Shown here one piece after another: positions 62,588-63,367 of a DNA stretch of 63,367 nucleotides. Each line of letters begins with the position of its first letter. Positions within the stretch are counted from its first letter, which is position 1. This DNA is from Actinomycetota bacterium (GTDB taxonomy: Bacteria; Actinomycetota; UBA4738; HRBIN12), in assembly GCA_050998695.1 (NCBI GenBank), contig JBPCPX010000032.1, positions 1 through 63,367 of the forward strand. The letters run 5' to 3'. Made by a program: the position numbers and the translations under genes. Below the pieces are notes generated by a model that was not told the origin of the DNA, made no database searches, and was given only the letters and a program-made list of their open reading frames with translations.

Positions 62588-63279
62588 GTGACGATCCGGG
62601 TGGTGCTCGGCGAGGACAACGTCCTGGTGCGCGAGGGCGTTCGAGCGCTGTTGAACTCTTACGAGGACATCGAGGTCGTCGGGGTCGCCGAGGACGCGCC
62701 CACGCTGCTCGCCACGGCGGCGGAGCACAGCCCCGACGTCGTCGTGACCGACATCAAGATGCCGCCGTCCTTCCAGCTCGAAGGGATCGACTGCGCGCAC
62801 GCGATCCGCGAGCGCCATCCGGCCACGGGTGTCGTGGTCCTGTCCGCGCACGACGACGAGGAGTACGCGATCGCGCTGCTCGGTAAGGGTCACAGCGGGC
62901 TCGCGTACCTCTTGAAGGATCGGATCGCGCAGGGCGACGAGCTCGCCCGCGCGATCCGCGAGGTGCAGAGTGGCGGGAGCGTCGTGGACCCCGCGATCGC
63001 CGAGCGTCTCTCCGGGCGGGCCGAGTCCCAGGAGGAGGACCGGATCGTCCTCGACATGATGGCTCAGGGTCTCGGCTACGAGGCGATGGCGGCGGCGCTC
63101 GGCACGACCCAGGAGGCCGTGGACGGGCGCGTGACGATGTTGTTCCGGCGGATGGCCGGTGACGGCGGAGCCGGCACCGGCCTCCTGGGAGAGTTCAAGA
63201 AGCTGCATGCGGCCGTCGTCGAGCAGTCGGCGACGGCGACCTCCCTCAAGTCCTATGTTCCGTCCCAGTTCGTGGACGC
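62588..63279 (+). CDS. NarL-type response regulator paralogue with divergent GerE-like HTH and a further C-terminal extension, 3'-truncated by the contig end
   Basis: Own translation from GTG 62588: VTIRVVLGEDNVLVREG..DVVVTDIKMPP..AYLLKDR..DRIVLDMMAQGLGYEAMAAALGTTQEAVDGRVTMLFRRM..LGEFKKLHAAVVEQSATATSLKSYVPSQFVDA. It then runs into poly-G. It is not in the ORF track because there is no in-window stop. Confidence 0.7.
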
Positions 63280-63367
63280 GGGGGGGGGGGGGGGGGGGGG
63301 GAGGGGGGGGGAAGGGGGAGAGGGGGGGGGGCTGTGTTGGCTCAAGTGGTGGAGGGGTGCAACTAGT
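63280..63367. other. terminal poly-G low-complexity tract plus unrelated tail (sequencing/assembly artefact)
   Basis: The run from 63280 to about 63331 is almost pure G, interrupted by single A residues, followed by ctgtgttggctcaagtggtggaggggtgcaactagt. It lies at the extreme contig end. Confidence 0.8.

Noticed and set aside
1-63367. CRISPR arrays, tRNA/rRNA genes, integrases, transposases, prophage or toxin-antitoxin modules
   Set aside because: I scanned the intergenic regions and ORF translations by eye. I found no repeat-spacer periodicity, no cloverleaf-like candidates in the gaps, and no recombinase or transposase motifs. Absence of small RNAs cannot be proven without tRNAscan/Infernal.

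Overview
The window is very GC-rich by eye (composition not computed). Gene content and synteny look like a chromosomal segment of an Actinomycetota-type genome: a topA / MFS-tmk fusion / holB block, several F420-type oxidoreductases, a TrkA pair next to an OB-fold gene and an APC permease, and LCP proteins. I support about 58 protein-coding genes. I found no rRNA, tRNA, CRISPR array, integrase or transposase. Main blocks:
- 1-13.8 kb: small accessory enzymes, a nickel-pincer cofactor cluster (larB, short larC, larE), and three genes broken by 1-nt frameshifts.
- 13.8-24.9 kb: kbl-tdh, a DrrAB-like ABC exporter, OsmC, a flippase, an MrfA-like helicase and a CaCA exchanger.
- 25.0-28.4 kb: a duplicated two-gene module (membrane-anchored unknown protein + LCP).
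- 28.3-38.8 kb: an ion-homeostasis region with nhaA, H+-PPase, trkA x2, a KdpD-C-terminal-like kinase with an OmpR/KdpE-like regulator, and an APC permease.
- 40.2-50.3 kb: a cyclase-STAND-TPR protein, DedA, topA, MFS-tmk and holB.
- 50.3-63.3 kb: a signalling island.

The signalling island is the most unusual feature. Five paralogous polytopic GAF/HisKA_3 histidine kinases are joined by 4-nt overlaps into one 10.5-kb operon with no response regulator inside. The middle kinase has lost the phospho-acceptor histidine. The array is flanked by a receiver-only regulator, a USP and a divergent pair of NarL-type regulators.

The last ~90 nt of the window are a poly-G artefact, so the final gene is truncated. 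High GC produces many long antisense ORFs in the track, and I rejected those. All family calls rest on motif recognition by eye; no database search was run.
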